A stretch of 64,000 nt of DNA from a virus. Taxonomy: Duplodnaviria > Heunggongvirae > Uroviricota > Caudoviricetes. Under the pieces are notes generated by a model. It was given only the letters and a program-made list of their open reading frames with translations. It searched no databases and was not told where the DNA came from. The stretch lies in IMG/VR virus record IMGVR_UViG_3300035659_000001; one strand, 5' to 3'. Shown one piece after another: positions 37,620-48,480 of the stretch (position 1 is its first letter; each line of letters starts with the position of its first letter). Made by a program: the position numbers and the translations under genes.

Positions 37620-38858
37620 ATGCTAAAAATTTTAATTTCGTCTAAATTATCTAAATTGATAGGTAATAAGATTACAAAAAAGATTGCTGCTGATTGGGAA
37701 GAAAAATTTGTTTATCATACGACACCAACTGGTCATCGTACTAAAATACAAGTTAAAAATTTGTCGCCAGAAGAAAAAGAAAAATATAGGCCTGCTAATT
37801 TTAAACATGAAAGACAGTTTAACATGGTAATTCCTGAAATTCAGCAATCAATAGCTAATTATCAAAAAACTGGATCTCCTGCTGAATTTAGAAAGTTACA
37901 TGCTAATTTTCAACCGTTAATACTTAGTAAAGTAAGAAAGATTATAAATAGACATCCAGGTTATTCGTGGTCAAAATTTGATGTTCAAGATTTAAAGTCT
38001 GCAGGCGACATTATTCTTCATAGAGCAATTATCAATGCTGATCCAAGTAATCAGGGTATTATTAAGTATTTCGATATGACTCTTTCAAAACAATTGATAG
38101 GTAAAGCTAGACAATTTTTTGAGCCACATCATATTGAGATAGATGCAAAAGATAGAAGATTATTACGTGAAGTTAAGCAATATTTAGTTAGACATTCAGG
38201 TGAGCAGATAGATTATGAAACTCTTGCTCGTGAAATTAATGCAGATCCTACGTCTAAAATAACACATGCAACGCCTGAACTTATTGTTGATTTACTTAGT
38301 ACTACTGGAAAAATGTCGTTAGATGAGCCAATTGCAAAGGAAGAAGGACCCACTTCTAAGCATGAAATTTTAGGTGGTGAAGCTCTTTCAGGTGATATAC
38401 AAAGAGATCAATCAGCTGAAGACGAACGAATTACTAGTAAAATTAAAAAAATAATTCAAGATAGTATAAATGCAATAGAAGATCCAATGCAAAGAAAAAT
38501 TATAAAAATGAAATATGGTTTATCAGAAGAACATGGGCCACAAGAATTAAATCCTAAAGAAATTGCAGAACTGTTAGGTAAAAAAAGGTCTTATGTTAGA
38601 CGTCAGATTGAAGCAGCTGAATCTGCATTAAGAAGAATGGATGAAATTAAGAGACTAAGACAAAGTAGATCGGTGTTACTAATAATTAAAGCATTTGATA
38701 AGCATATAAGATTTGTGTATGAGCCAAAGACGATTGTAAAAGTTGCTGCAAATGTTGTTAATGTTGATGAATTTATTGTTACAAAGTATTCAAATCAATT
38801 AGTTTGTAGTTGTGGAAAAGATTGCTTTCATAAAGATGTTGCAAGTAAATATTTTTAA
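37620..38858 (+). CDS. sigma70-like RNA polymerase sigma factor with C-terminal SWIM-like finger
   Basis: Region 2-like (DVQDLKSAG...AI..AD), region 3 MSLDEPI, region 4 QRKIIKMKYGL...KEIAELLGKKRSYVRRQ; CSCGKDCFH. Confidence 0.75.
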   Translation: MLKILISSKLSKLIGNKITKKIAADWEEKFVYHTTPTGHRTKIQVKNLSPEEKEKYRPANFKHERQFNMVIPEIQQSIANYQKTGSPAEFRKLHANFQPLILSKVRKIINRHPGYSWSKFDVQDLKSAGDIILHRAIINADPSNQGIIKYFDMTLSKQLIGKARQFFEPHHIEIDAKDRRLLREVKQYLVRHSGEQIDYETLAREINADPTSKITHATPELIVDLLSTTGKMSLDEPIAKEEGPTSKHEILGGEALSGDIQRDQSAEDERITSKIKKIIQDSINAIEDPMQRKIIKMKYGLSEEHGPQELNPKEIAELLGKKRSYVRRQIEAAESALRRMDEIKRLRQSRSVLLIIKAFDKHIRFVYEPKTIVKVAANVVNVDEFIVTKYSNQLVCSCGKDCFHKDVASKYF

Positions 38859-38868
38859 GTGAAAATAA

Positions 38869-40773
38869 ATGCCTAAATTACAAAGTAAATTAGTTCAAAT
38901 TGAAAGTAAAGAGACTACATCATCTTTTGAAGACATTTTTAATAATTTTATTAATAATATCATAGAAGAAGATGAGGTAGTTGATATATTAACTTTTGTT
39001 GAATCTCCATATTATTTAAATATTAAAACATTACAACCACCTCAGAAATTCATATTAAAGTTTTTTTACAATTTGAAATTAGATGACAAAGAGAAAATAA
39101 TACAGTTAAGATCGTTTCCTTACGATGAAGAAGGTAAGCTATTAACAGAAAAAGAGTATGCTTTATATTTAATCAATCAAAAACGAACAAATATCTCAAC
39201 TACAGATGATGTTTTCAATTATTGTGCAAAAGAACTATTATTAGCTTGTGGCAGACGAGGTGGTAAGACTTTTTTGGCATCAATAATTTCTGCGTATGAA
39301 GCTTACAAGTTAATTATTAAAGACAATCCTCAAGCATATTATCACATGGCTGAAGATGAAATTATTAAAATTGTCAATGTTGCATCTAGTGGTGATCAGG
39401 CATTAGAATTAGCTACGCAGATTCAAAATAGAATATTCAATTCAGAATGGTTTTTACCGTATATTGCAAGCTTTAATGATAGTGAGCTCAATTTAAGAAC
39501 AAAACATGATATTAAAAAGATGAAGAATGAAGAAAAATTATATGGTAAACCATTAAAGAAACGATCAACAATTAGAATTGAATCATTATTATGTTCTGCT
39601 AGAGGCTCTAGAGGTGGATCAGTAATTGTCGCATTATTTGATGAATTAGCTCATTTTGTTGATAATGAAGGCAATAGAGGTGGTAAAAAAGTATATGAAG
39701 GTTTGACGCCATCAGGCGCAACATTTGGAAAAGATAGTAAGATTATTTGTATCTCGAGTCCATATACTAAGAGTGGTATATTTTATGATTTATTTTTAGC
39801 TTCGTTTGAAGACAAAGAAACAATAATGCTTCAGTTACCGACATGGGAAATGAATCCAAATATTGAGTTTAGCTTTTTAAAAAATAGATATAAGAAAGAG
39901 CCTGATGCATTTTGGACTGAATATGGCGCTCAGTTTTCAACAACTGTTACAGGATTTTTCAAATTCCCTGAAAAGATAGATGAATGTATTAGCATTATTA
40001 AATATGAAGATTCGTATGATGAAGAAGGAAAACTAAAGAAGATTCCAATATATAGATCTGAAACTGAAAGAGCTCCCGGTAGATTTAGATATTATGTTGC
40101 GCTTGATCCAGCAACTAGTGGTAATGGTTATGCTTTGGCTATGGTGCATTGTGAACAAGACAATATTGGTAGACAAATAGTTGTAGTTGATAAATGGATA
40201 AGATGGTCTGTCGATGATCCAGAATTTTCTGCTTATGATTTTATTGATATAGAGATAATTGATAATTATGTAATTAAATTAACTAAAGATTTTAGAGTTT
40301 CAAAGATTGTTTATGACCAATTTGAATCTGCTGCATCTATTCAAAAGTTTATTAAGCTTGGGATTGACGCTGTAAAGACTCATTTTTCTAGACAATATAA
40401 TATGAAAATTTTTAAGAATTTACGATCTATTATATATGATAAGAGGTTATCTATTTTAAATAATCAAGACGGTATAATGGAATTAAAATATCTGCAAGAG
40501 AAAAAAATTGGAAAGAAACAATTCATGGTTGAAGCACCAAAATCTGGAGATGTTACTTCTGATGACTATGCAGATGTTTTGGCAAATGCTGTTTCAGTTG
40601 CAATAGAAGAAGAATCAGTTGCATCACCTGCTAGAATTTCATCAGTTTCAGTTTCAGTTGGCGGTCCTCAAATAGCAACTGCTAATATTACTAGAAGTGG
40701 CAATACTGGAAGAATGCAAGGCTCTTTAATGGATAGAATGATTTTAGCAAGAAGATTAGGAATACGAAGATGA
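38869..40773 (+). CDS. terL: terminase large subunit
   Basis: Walker A GRRGGKT, Walker B ALFDE, ISSP coupling motif, EYGAQF, RNase H-like ALDPA...DDYAD. Confidence 0.9.
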   Translation: MPKLQSKLVQIESKETTSSFEDIFNNFINNIIEEDEVVDILTFVESPYYLNIKTLQPPQKFILKFFYNLKLDDKEKIIQLRSFPYDEEGKLLTEKEYALYLINQKRTNISTTDDVFNYCAKELLLACGRRGGKTFLASIISAYEAYKLIIKDNPQAYYHMAEDEIIKIVNVASSGDQALELATQIQNRIFNSEWFLPYIASFNDSELNLRTKHDIKKMKNEEKLYGKPLKKRSTIRIESLLCSARGSRGGSVIVALFDELAHFVDNEGNRGGKKVYEGLTPSGATFGKDSKIICISSPYTKSGIFYDLFLASFEDKETIMLQLPTWEMNPNIEFSFLKNRYKKEPDAFWTEYGAQFSTTVTGFFKFPEKIDECISIIKYEDSYDEEGKLKKIPIYRSETERAPGRFRYYVALDPATSGNGYALAMVHCEQDNIGRQIVVVDKWIRWSVDDPEFSAYDFIDIEIIDNYVIKLTKDFRVSKIVYDQFESAASIQKFIKLGIDAVKTHFSRQYNMKIFKNLRSIIYDKRLSILNNQDGIMELKYLQEKKIGKKQFMVEAPKSGDVTSDDYADVLANAVSVAIEEESVASPARISSVSVSVGGPQIATANITRSGNTGRMQGSLMDRMILARRLGIRR

Positions 40774-41093
40774 GCTATAATGATCAAGTTAAAGCATATC
40801 AAGAACTTAGACGACAGATTGTAAGTCATGTAAATTCATTGTCTAAAGATGCAGCTACATTTTATCAATATTTATTAAAAACAAATAGTTTAATTAATAA
40901 ATTGCCTAATGATATTGGCTATAGAAAAAATAGAATAAAGTCAAATACAAGTAATTTAATACAATTAGTTGATCAACTAAAACTTGAGTTGCAATATCTA
41001 CAAAATGATTGTGATATGCAAATTCAAAGATTGATCATGCTATCAAATAGACAATTTAAGGAGGATAGAAATGCGCGTAAATCAAATGCCTGA
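40770..41093 (+). CDS. hypothetical coiled-coil protein
   Basis: ATGA-coupled to terL. Confidence 0.6.
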   Translation: MSYNDQVKAYQELRRQIVSHVNSLSKDAATFYQYLLKTNSLINKLPNDIGYRKNRIKSNTSNLIQLVDQLKLELQYLQNDCDMQIQRLIMLSNRQFKEDRNARKSNA

Positions 41094-41520
41094 TTGGCTA
41101 GATAATTTGATTACAAAAGAGAGTCATGAAATAGTTAAAAAAGCTCAAGATGATAAAGTTAAAGAGTTAGAGAAAAAGATTCAAAATGCAAAAACTCCAG
41201 AAGAATTAGATGCTATTGAAAAAGAACTTCAAGAATTAGAAAAAAGTGCAGGTAATACAGATGAGACTGCAGATAAAGATGAGACTTCAAAGCCTGCAGA
41301 TAAAGATGAAGCTTCAAAACCACCTGCACAAGGTGAAGAAGCAGGTGCAAAAAATAATAAAATTATTGATAAACATGATGAAATTGAAGGAAAGTTGTTA
41401 AATGAAATAGAAAAGTTAAATGATCAATTAGGTCTTAATAAAATTATTGATTTGAATACGACGATGAATACTGCTAATACTAAGTCTATATTGAAAGGAG
41501 TGCGAAAATTTTACTCGTGA
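41071..41520 (+). CDS. charged hypothetical head-module protein
   Basis: AAGGAGG RBS; KKAQ/KSAG motifs. Confidence 0.7.
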   Translation: MRVNQMPDWLDNLITKESHEIVKKAQDDKVKELEKKIQNAKTPEELDAIEKELQELEKSAGNTDETADKDETSKPADKDEASKPPAQGEEAGAKNNKIIDKHDEIEGKLLNEIEKLNDQLGLNKIIDLNTTMNTANTKSILKGVRKFYS

Positions 41521-41556
41521 TTTTAAAATCATAAGTTTTCTTTTTCGCGTAAGATC

Positions 41557-44136
41557 ATGAATAAGATTCCGCGTATAAAGTTTATTAAATCATCAACAGC
41601 GCTAAAGCAAATTTCAAAATCGGCGGAAGCTATTGGTCGTCCTAAAAGAGTAATTAGAGATGAAGCGATTAGAGAGACACAGCCAATAATACAAACTGAA
41701 CAGTATAGAGGGCCTATCAGAAAGCATAATGAAAAGGCAATAAAAATTGTAAATCATTTTGCTAAAAAAGCATCTGCTGACATTAGACAAGGCACGCCTT
41801 TATTTTATCATCCAGATTTTGAACCGTCTTCATTAATATTACCAAAAGATAGAATTGAAATAAATAGCTGGTGCAATTATTTTTATAAATATGATGCTTT
41901 AGTGTCAACAGCTGTTGATATGCATTCAGAACTACCACTATCAAAAATTCGGTTAGATGTTCCCAAAACGCCAAATAAAAAATTAGGAAATAGAATTCTT
42001 GAACATTATGTTGACATGATTGGCAATACTGGCATTGACTTATTTAACAAACTTTTAATGTTTGGTGTTGAATATCATAAATTAGGAAATGTATTTCCGT
42101 GGGCTCAAGCTAATTATGACAAAACAAAATGGGTCAAATTAACATGCTTAAACCCTGATTATGTTCATGTTGAAAAGTTAGCATTAACAAATGCTATTAA
42201 TATCAGTTTAGTACCTGATGATAGATTAAGACATATTGTGCATGCCGGTCCTTATGATCAAAAAACAGGTAAATTATATCAAACATTGTCTGAAGAAGCA
42301 TTAGAATATGTTATTGCAGGAAAAGAAATACCATTGTCGACTGATCCTAATGATGGATCTCATGTCACTCATTTAGCTAGAAAAATAGCTGATTATGTTG
42401 ACTGGGGCACATCAATAATTGAAAGAAACTTCAAAACTTTAGTTTATAAAGATAGATTGCGTCAATCTCAAGATGCTATTGCAACAAGACATTTGACGCC
42501 AAAACATTTAATTTGGGCTGATTTAGCTAGTAGAGCCGATGTAGGTGAAATTAGAGAACAAGTTGAAGATGCAATGATGAATCCTGACCAAGCAATCATT
42601 ACAAACTATGAGCTTCATTGGGAACTAATAGGAACAAGTAGTGGTTTAATGCAACTTGCGACTGAAAGAGAATGGATAACTGAAGATCTTCTTATTGGAT
42701 TGATGATTAACAAGAATATTTTATTGGGTGAAGGTAATTTTGCAGCTGGTCAATCTGTGCTTGAAGTATTAAATCAAAGATATGCAATATTTAGAGAGCT
42801 ATTAGAGTGCTATATTGAGAAAAATTTGTTTTTGCCAATTGCAAAAAATAATGGATTTGTTGATTATGCACCTGGAACTGTTAAGAAAGAGAAAAGATTA
42901 GTTTATTTGTATCCAAAAGTACGATGGAACAGATTAAACTTAACTGATGATACACAGCATAAACAAATGCTTGGTCAAGCAGTTTCTGAAGGAAAATGTG
43001 ATGTAGGTACATGGTTAGAATATTTTGGATTAAATTCAGATTCTATTGCAGAAAGATTGAAAGCTAATGAAGATACAGTTTTAGATCCAACTTATAATGA
43101 ATTACGTAGGTCAATAATGAATGAGGTTGGAAGATCATTAGGCCCAGCAGTTGCAAAAGTATATGCAGACGCTTATGGTCTTGAATTGCAAGATCAAGGT
43201 GGTGGAATGGGAATGTTTGGTTCTAGTAAAGTTCCAATAACTAAGTTTGGCAAGGAATTTGATATCAATTATAACGATGATGGGTCTATGAGTGTTAAAC
43301 CTCAAATGGTTGTTGAAAATTACGAAATTAAAAATAAAACTGCTGAGACAAGAGACGAGCGCAGACACAATAGAGAATTAAATAAATCAAATACAAACAT
43401 TGAAACTGTAAAAGACAATTTAGAAGAAATAAAAACAATTGATAGTGATAAATTGAAACCTCCACGAGATGATTTGAGAAAAAAGAAAGTACCAAGGATA
43501 TTCAAAACTACAAATAATTTAAATAACATTTTTCATGCAGCTAATTTGAGTAAAGATCAAGATAATAGTATTACATTTGATGAAAAACCAATAAGTGAAA
43601 TAAGCGTAGAATATGATGATATGTCAATGTTACAATCGCCTGATAAAGTTGATGAAGTAGTAAATAAAAATCAAAAAGTTGAAAATGAGAAAAAAGAATT
43701 TTCACAAATTTTAGAGAAACAGGGCGTAGATCAACACACAAGACAACTTGTTAGATCGTCTGAAGAAGAGATAGTTAATAATTATTATAAATTAGCTAAA
43801 CAAGTTGTAAATAATGATTTGAATGACACTATTAATAAACGTATACATCAAATCTATACAGGTTTATATCATTCAATAATAAATCCAAATGAAACAATGT
43901 TTAAGTCTGCTCAAACCATAAAAGAATTGCTTCTTCATGATGTAAGAAGTAACAGTTCTAAATTAATACAGAAGATTGAAATATTGTCGACAGCAAATAG
44001 AAAAATTGCTCAGAAAAATGATAATGTTGCAGTAAGATCTCAAGAAGTTTTTAAATTAAATGAAAACAGTATTAGAAAAGCATTTAGAAGTACAGTTACT
44101 GAAATTGCTAAAGATTTAAGAGGCTTGCTCTCATGA
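41557..44136 (+). CDS. portal protein with long C-terminal extension
   Basis: Lies between terL and the protease; D.LVSTAVD, EYHKLGNVF, LNPDYV, HLARK..WGTSII blocks typical of large-phage portals. Confidence 0.75.
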   Translation: MNKIPRIKFIKSSTALKQISKSAEAIGRPKRVIRDEAIRETQPIIQTEQYRGPIRKHNEKAIKIVNHFAKKASADIRQGTPLFYHPDFEPSSLILPKDRIEINSWCNYFYKYDALVSTAVDMHSELPLSKIRLDVPKTPNKKLGNRILEHYVDMIGNTGIDLFNKLLMFGVEYHKLGNVFPWAQANYDKTKWVKLTCLNPDYVHVEKLALTNAINISLVPDDRLRHIVHAGPYDQKTGKLYQTLSEEALEYVIAGKEIPLSTDPNDGSHVTHLARKIADYVDWGTSIIERNFKTLVYKDRLRQSQDAIATRHLTPKHLIWADLASRADVGEIREQVEDAMMNPDQAIITNYELHWELIGTSSGLMQLATEREWITEDLLIGLMINKNILLGEGNFAAGQSVLEVLNQRYAIFRELLECYIEKNLFLPIAKNNGFVDYAPGTVKKEKRLVYLYPKVRWNRLNLTDDTQHKQMLGQAVSEGKCDVGTWLEYFGLNSDSIAERLKANEDTVLDPTYNELRRSIMNEVGRSLGPAVAKVYADAYGLELQDQGGGMGMFGSSKVPITKFGKEFDINYNDDGSMSVKPQMVVENYEIKNKTAETRDERRHNRELNKSNTNIETVKDNLEEIKTIDSDKLKPPRDDLRKKKVPRIFKTTNNLNNIFHAANLSKDQDNSITFDEKPISEISVEYDDMSMLQSPDKVDEVVNKNQKVENEKKEFSQILEKQGVDQHTRQLVRSSEEEIVNNYYKLAKQVVNNDLNDTINKRIHQIYTGLYHSIINPNETMFKSAQTIKELLLHDVRSNSSKLIQKIEILSTANRKIAQKNDNVAVRSQEVFKLNENSIRKAFRSTVTEIAKDLRGLLS

Positions 44137-44561
44137 CAAAGATAGCTGTATTGATTGATTTTTTAATTTCAAATACGCCTATTGCTATAAAAAGTAAAGC
44201 TAAAAGTTATCAGCCAAAACTTGTAAAAGCAAGTAATGGTAAATTTTTATACACTGTTGGCGATTATATTGTACGAATTAAAATACCTACTATAAATAAA
44301 AAGTTGTTAACAAAATTGACAGAAAAACAAATAGTTAAATTAAGAAATATAAAAAATAGAAATATATTAGTTAGTTGCACATGTAATTATTGGAAATGGA
44401 ATGGGCCAGATTATAATGCAATATCAAAGGGATATAGTGAAAGATCATTTTCTGATTTAAGTGAGCCTGAGATTAGAGATCCAGAGCATAAAAATTTAAT
44501 TTGTAAACATACTTATGCTGCGTTAAAGTCGATAAAAAAAGACAATCCAATTATTGATTAA
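44133..44561 (+). CDS. SWIM zinc-finger protein
   Basis: VSCTC..W.W...ICKH. Confidence 0.7.
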   Translation: MTKIAVLIDFLISNTPIAIKSKAKSYQPKLVKASNGKFLYTVGDYIVRIKIPTINKKLLTKLTEKQIVKLRNIKNRNILVSCTCNYWKWNGPDYNAISKGYSERSFSDLSEPEIRDPEHKNLICKHTYAALKSIKKDNPIID

Positions 44562-44751
44562 ATAGTGTGTCATTTCTTTTATTTTTAAATTATTATTTTA
44601 TAATTTCTAAATTAATACACAGTAGTGATTATCGGAAATGCTCTTGGAGTTGTCTAGTTGTAAATAGAAACGTTGAAGAGAGAAGTTACTTTTGTAACGA
44701 TCAATTGTACATTAATATGATGAATTCTAAAATTTAATAGGAGATTGCATT

Positions 44752-46452
44752 ATGTTTGAAAAACAAGGTGCCATATTTGCAATAAAAGAATCTAATAGAA
44801 TTAAGACTGCAAAAGATTGGGCTGATGTTATTGATAAAACATCAACTGCTGACGGCATTATAATTAATAAAAATATACAACCAAATAACGATAAAAAGGT
44901 TGTTTGTGAGATTGACTTAAATAATTTTATATATATCCACACAACAATTATGGCATCAGTTGATCTACAGCCAGAATCAGATTATTGGATTACAAAAGAC
45001 ACTGAAAAGTATATTAATACAAATGGTGATGCATGGCAAAGGTCAGTATTACTTAGTGATTATTTAACTTTTGTTGACTCAGGCATAGTTTATGTTGAAC
45101 ATGACCAACATCCAGAAAGAGCAAAAGGAAAAGTGTTAGATGCAGTTGCTCGAGATATGGGTGATACAATTCTTATTGATTTATTGTTTTGTGTAGATAA
45201 GAAAAATAAAGATTTAACACATAACATTGAGATTGGATTTGCAAATGCAGTTTCAATGGGATGCACAACTAAATACACTATTTGTTCTATTTGTGGACAT
45301 GTAGCACATGATGAGAAACAATATTGTGCACACATTAAGAGCCAGAAAAATCAAATGGTAAAGTGTGTAGATGGCGAGTATAGAAAAGTTTGTGAATTAT
45401 GTTTTGGAAATACATTTTACGATTGTTCAATTGTTGTTAATCCTGCTTTTGCTGGTGCAGTTTTTAGAAAAATAGTAGCTGCTGATAAAATTTCAATGCA
45501 ATTATTATCAAACATTTTATGTAGAAGTGTAAATGAATCAGAATTTAGAAGTCAAATCTTGAAAATTGCATCAAAAAATGGTGTTATTGAGCATGCAATT
45601 GAAAGATCTGAAGATGATCAAAACAATAAATCGTATGACATTGAAGATACAAAATTTGATGATATTCCGTATAATGATCAGCACAACACATTAGAAAAAT
45701 TTGATGAACAACAATCTGAAGGTGTTATTGATGCAGGAAAAGGCAAAAAGAAAACTGCTAAATGTGCTGATTATGGATCTCTTGTAATATTGAATCAAAA
45801 TTATAATATTCCTTCTCAAGATAGAGTTGCAAAGAGTGTGTTGAATTTTATAGGTAAAGACATTGTTGGTCGATTAGTCGGTAGAGAAGATAATAATTGT
45901 GCTATTTATTTTAATAGAATAGGTATGGTTAAAAATATTCCATCTAATATAGTATCAAACTATTCTATTGACTTTAATAAATCAGCAAAGAAAAATGATG
46001 ATGATGTATTGTCAATAAATAGAAAAGGCACATTTACAAATGATTGCAGATTTCAAGTACTAAAAGTTGAGGATGATTCAGTTGAAGTTAGATGGCTTGA
46101 TGGTCCTAGAATGGGCGAAAAAGAAACTTTGAAAAAGAAAGAATTTAGTAGTACAAATATTAAATGGGCTAGTACTAATTTAGCTGCATCATTTGATGCA
46201 AAGTGGAATGGTAAATTTTATCAATTAAATAATGCAAAATGGAATGAAAAAATTGCCAACGTTTTAGATCAATTTGAGTCTCATATTGACAATGTACAGC
46301 ACGATATGACTTATGTAATGCCAATAACAAAGAAAAACAAATATTCAAAATCATTTAAAATAACAACAAAAATAGCAAGCAATACTTTTAAATTTAATGC
46401 AACTGTCAATAATGATAACATTCATATTGATGTCAATGCTACGTCATGGTAA
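44752..46452 (+). CDS. prohead maturation protease (HK97/herpes-like fold) with C-terminal extension
   Basis: NGDAW, YVEHD, GKVLDA, AVSMGC, CSICG, CSIVVNPA; position after the portal. Confidence 0.75.
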   Translation: MFEKQGAIFAIKESNRIKTAKDWADVIDKTSTADGIIINKNIQPNNDKKVVCEIDLNNFIYIHTTIMASVDLQPESDYWITKDTEKYINTNGDAWQRSVLLSDYLTFVDSGIVYVEHDQHPERAKGKVLDAVARDMGDTILIDLLFCVDKKNKDLTHNIEIGFANAVSMGCTTKYTICSICGHVAHDEKQYCAHIKSQKNQMVKCVDGEYRKVCELCFGNTFYDCSIVVNPAFAGAVFRKIVAADKISMQLLSNILCRSVNESEFRSQILKIASKNGVIEHAIERSEDDQNNKSYDIEDTKFDDIPYNDQHNTLEKFDEQQSEGVIDAGKGKKKTAKCADYGSLVILNQNYNIPSQDRVAKSVLNFIGKDIVGRLVGREDNNCAIYFNRIGMVKNIPSNIVSNYSIDFNKSAKKNDDDVLSINRKGTFTNDCRFQVLKVEDDSVEVRWLDGPRMGEKETLKKKEFSSTNIKWASTNLAASFDAKWNGKFYQLNNAKWNEKIANVLDQFESHIDNVQHDMTYVMPITKKNKYSKSFKITTKIASNTFKFNATVNNDNIHIDVNATSW

Positions 46453-46680
46453 AATGGTTCAATAGTTGTAGTCTGCGTTTGTGTTTACAATAAGATTAAA
46501 ATTCAGATTAAGTAATATTAACTTTTATTTTGGTTGAAACATGTGCGTGTCACTTAATGTGACTGTAATTTGTTTCAGATGTTTTAATTTTAGTTTAGAT
46601 ATTATTAGAAAGTTAGATAAAAGAAACTGTGACTTACATCAAAGATTATCGATAATTAACGTAACAAAGGAGAAAATAAT

Positions 46681-48423
46681 ATGATTTGGTCAGCGAGGGT
46701 TCATAAGTCGGGCAGTCAGATTCAATTGCTGAAAAATGGCAGTGTTTCAAAAGTTATTAAGGCAAGTGCTGATACTTTTGAGCCATGTGATTCAAGAAAG
46801 TTTGCTGAGGATTTAGTGACGTCATTGAATCAAAAGGTTGCTAAACAGATGACAGATCCGAGCGCAAAACCAGCAGTTGATTCTAAAGCAGAAGTTCAGA
46901 GTAAAGTTATGGATGTTTTGACTCATGATGCAAAAGGTATATCTCCAAAAGAGGCTTCAGTGATTTTGGATGAAAATAAATTATTGAAGAAAAAAGTTGC
47001 AAAACTTGAAAAAGATGCAGTTATTGAGAGAAAAGCTCGTAGAGCATTGTCAATCACTAAAGAGATGGTCAATCAGGGAAAAGTTGCAAATAATGAAAGT
47101 GCAATTAAGAATGAAGTAATGAAGATTGTTGCAATGGCAAACGATGAAATCAATTTATTTGAGAAAAGAGTTGCGAACACTCCATTATATACTTCAGTTG
47201 ATGAAGCAAAAGTAGCTGAAAGACGTTATGCTCGTATGTCAAGATTGCATAAACAAGCTGCTGAAGACGCTGAACTTGCTGGAAATACTGAAGTAGCAGA
47301 TGCAGAAGACATGAAAGCTGCAAACTATGAACAATTATCAAAGGAAGCATCTGCTGAAGCTGAAAAATATTACAAACAGATTGAAAATGCAACAGTTGAT
47401 TCTTCAAAACCTAATGATATTGCAAATCAGGTTAAAAAACAGCCTTCAGGCGTTGATGCTAAAGGCAAGAAAAAAGCATCTGATGTTGATGATGTTGATG
47501 ATGTTGATGATGTTGATGATGTTGATGATGTTGATGATGTTGATGATGAAGAAGATTTTTTGGAAGAACTTGATGATGATTCTGTAGATAACGACGATTT
47601 TGAAATTGAAGCTGCATCAGTAATTTATCGTAAAATAGCTTCAAGTCATAGAAAAAAAGCTGAACAATTAACTGCTGAAGGAAAATCTGAACAAGCGGTA
47701 GTTGAAAATGAAATTGCTGTTGAAAATGAAATTGCTAAGGAAGCCGATGAATTAGCTGATAGTATTGAACCTGATGATGAAGAATTTAGTGAAGAAGAGT
47801 ACAAGAAAGAAGCTGCAAATATTTATCGTAGAATAGCTACTGATCATAGAAAGAAAGCTGATGAGTATGAAGCTGAAGGAAAAACTACTGAAGCAGATGT
47901 AGAAGATGAGGTTGCAGATGAATCTGAAAAGCTTGCTGAAAATATTGAATCTACACTTATTAAGGATGCTGAAGTTGCAGCAGTACCAGTTGATAAACAA
48001 GCTGTAGTACCAGTTGATAAACAAGCTGAAGTACCAGTTGATAAACCTGTTGAAAATATAGATGCTATTGGTGAAGTTGCAGATGATAAAGATGCTGATA
48101 AAGAAGCTAAGACAAAATGTTCAAATGATGAAGAAGACGATCCATTAGCGGAGTTCTTAACTGAAGACGACCTTAAAGAAGCAAATGTTGCAGAAGAAAC
48201 TCAAGATGAAGGTATGCCGTCAGATGAGGAAATTGATGCAGCAGTTGGTTTAGAAGAGCCTGAGGAAGTAGATGTAGAAAAAGATGCAAGTTCTGGTGAT
48301 GTCAAGAAGATAGCAAATGAAGGCTATGGCAAAAGTGGACTTAGTGACAGAGAAGAACATAATTCTTATTCTAATGATCCTCAAGTTCGGGAGATTGAAA
48401 AAATGTTGTGGCAGAAAGACTAA
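46681..48423 (+). CDS. acidic capsid scaffolding protein
   Basis: Helical and D/E/A/K-rich; lies between the protease and the capsid genes; AAGGAG RBS. Confidence 0.65.
   Translation: MIWSARVHKSGSQIQLLKNGSVSKVIKASADTFEPCDSRKFAEDLVTSLNQKVAKQMTDPSAKPAVDSKAEVQSKVMDVLTHDAKGISPKEASVILDENKLLKKKVAKLEKDAVIERKARRALSITKEMVNQGKVANNESAIKNEVMKIVAMANDEINLFEKRVANTPLYTSVDEAKVAERRYARMSRLHKQAAEDAELAGNTEVADAEDMKAANYEQLSKEASAEAEKYYKQIENATVDSSKPNDIANQVKKQPSGVDAKGKKKASDVDDVDDVDDVDDVDDVDDVDDEEDFLEELDDDSVDNDDFEIEAASVIYRKIASSHRKKAEQLTAEGKSEQAVVENEIAVENEIAKEADELADSIEPDDEEFSEEEYKKEAANIYRRIATDHRKKADEYEAEGKTTEADVEDEVADESEKLAENIESTLIKDAEVAAVPVDKQAVVPVDKQAEVPVDKPVENIDAIGEVADDKDADKEAKTKCSNDEEDDPLAEFLTEDDLKEANVAEETQDEGMPSDEEIDAAVGLEEPEEVDVEKDASSGDVKKIANEGYGKSGLSDREEHNSYSNDPQVREIEKMLWQKD
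47482..47544 (+). repeat. GATGTTGAT x7 microsatellite encoding (DVD)7
   Basis: Perfect 9-nt tandem repeat. Confidence 0.95.
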
Positions 48424-48480
48424 TTGCTACAATAAAGTATGAACAATAAACAATAATAATCCATAACTGGAGGTTTTAAA

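Noticed and set aside
47327-47644. ORFs with (MLM)n and (HQH)n repeats
   Set aside because: Alternative-frame readings of the (GATGTTGAT)7 repeat in the scaffold gene.
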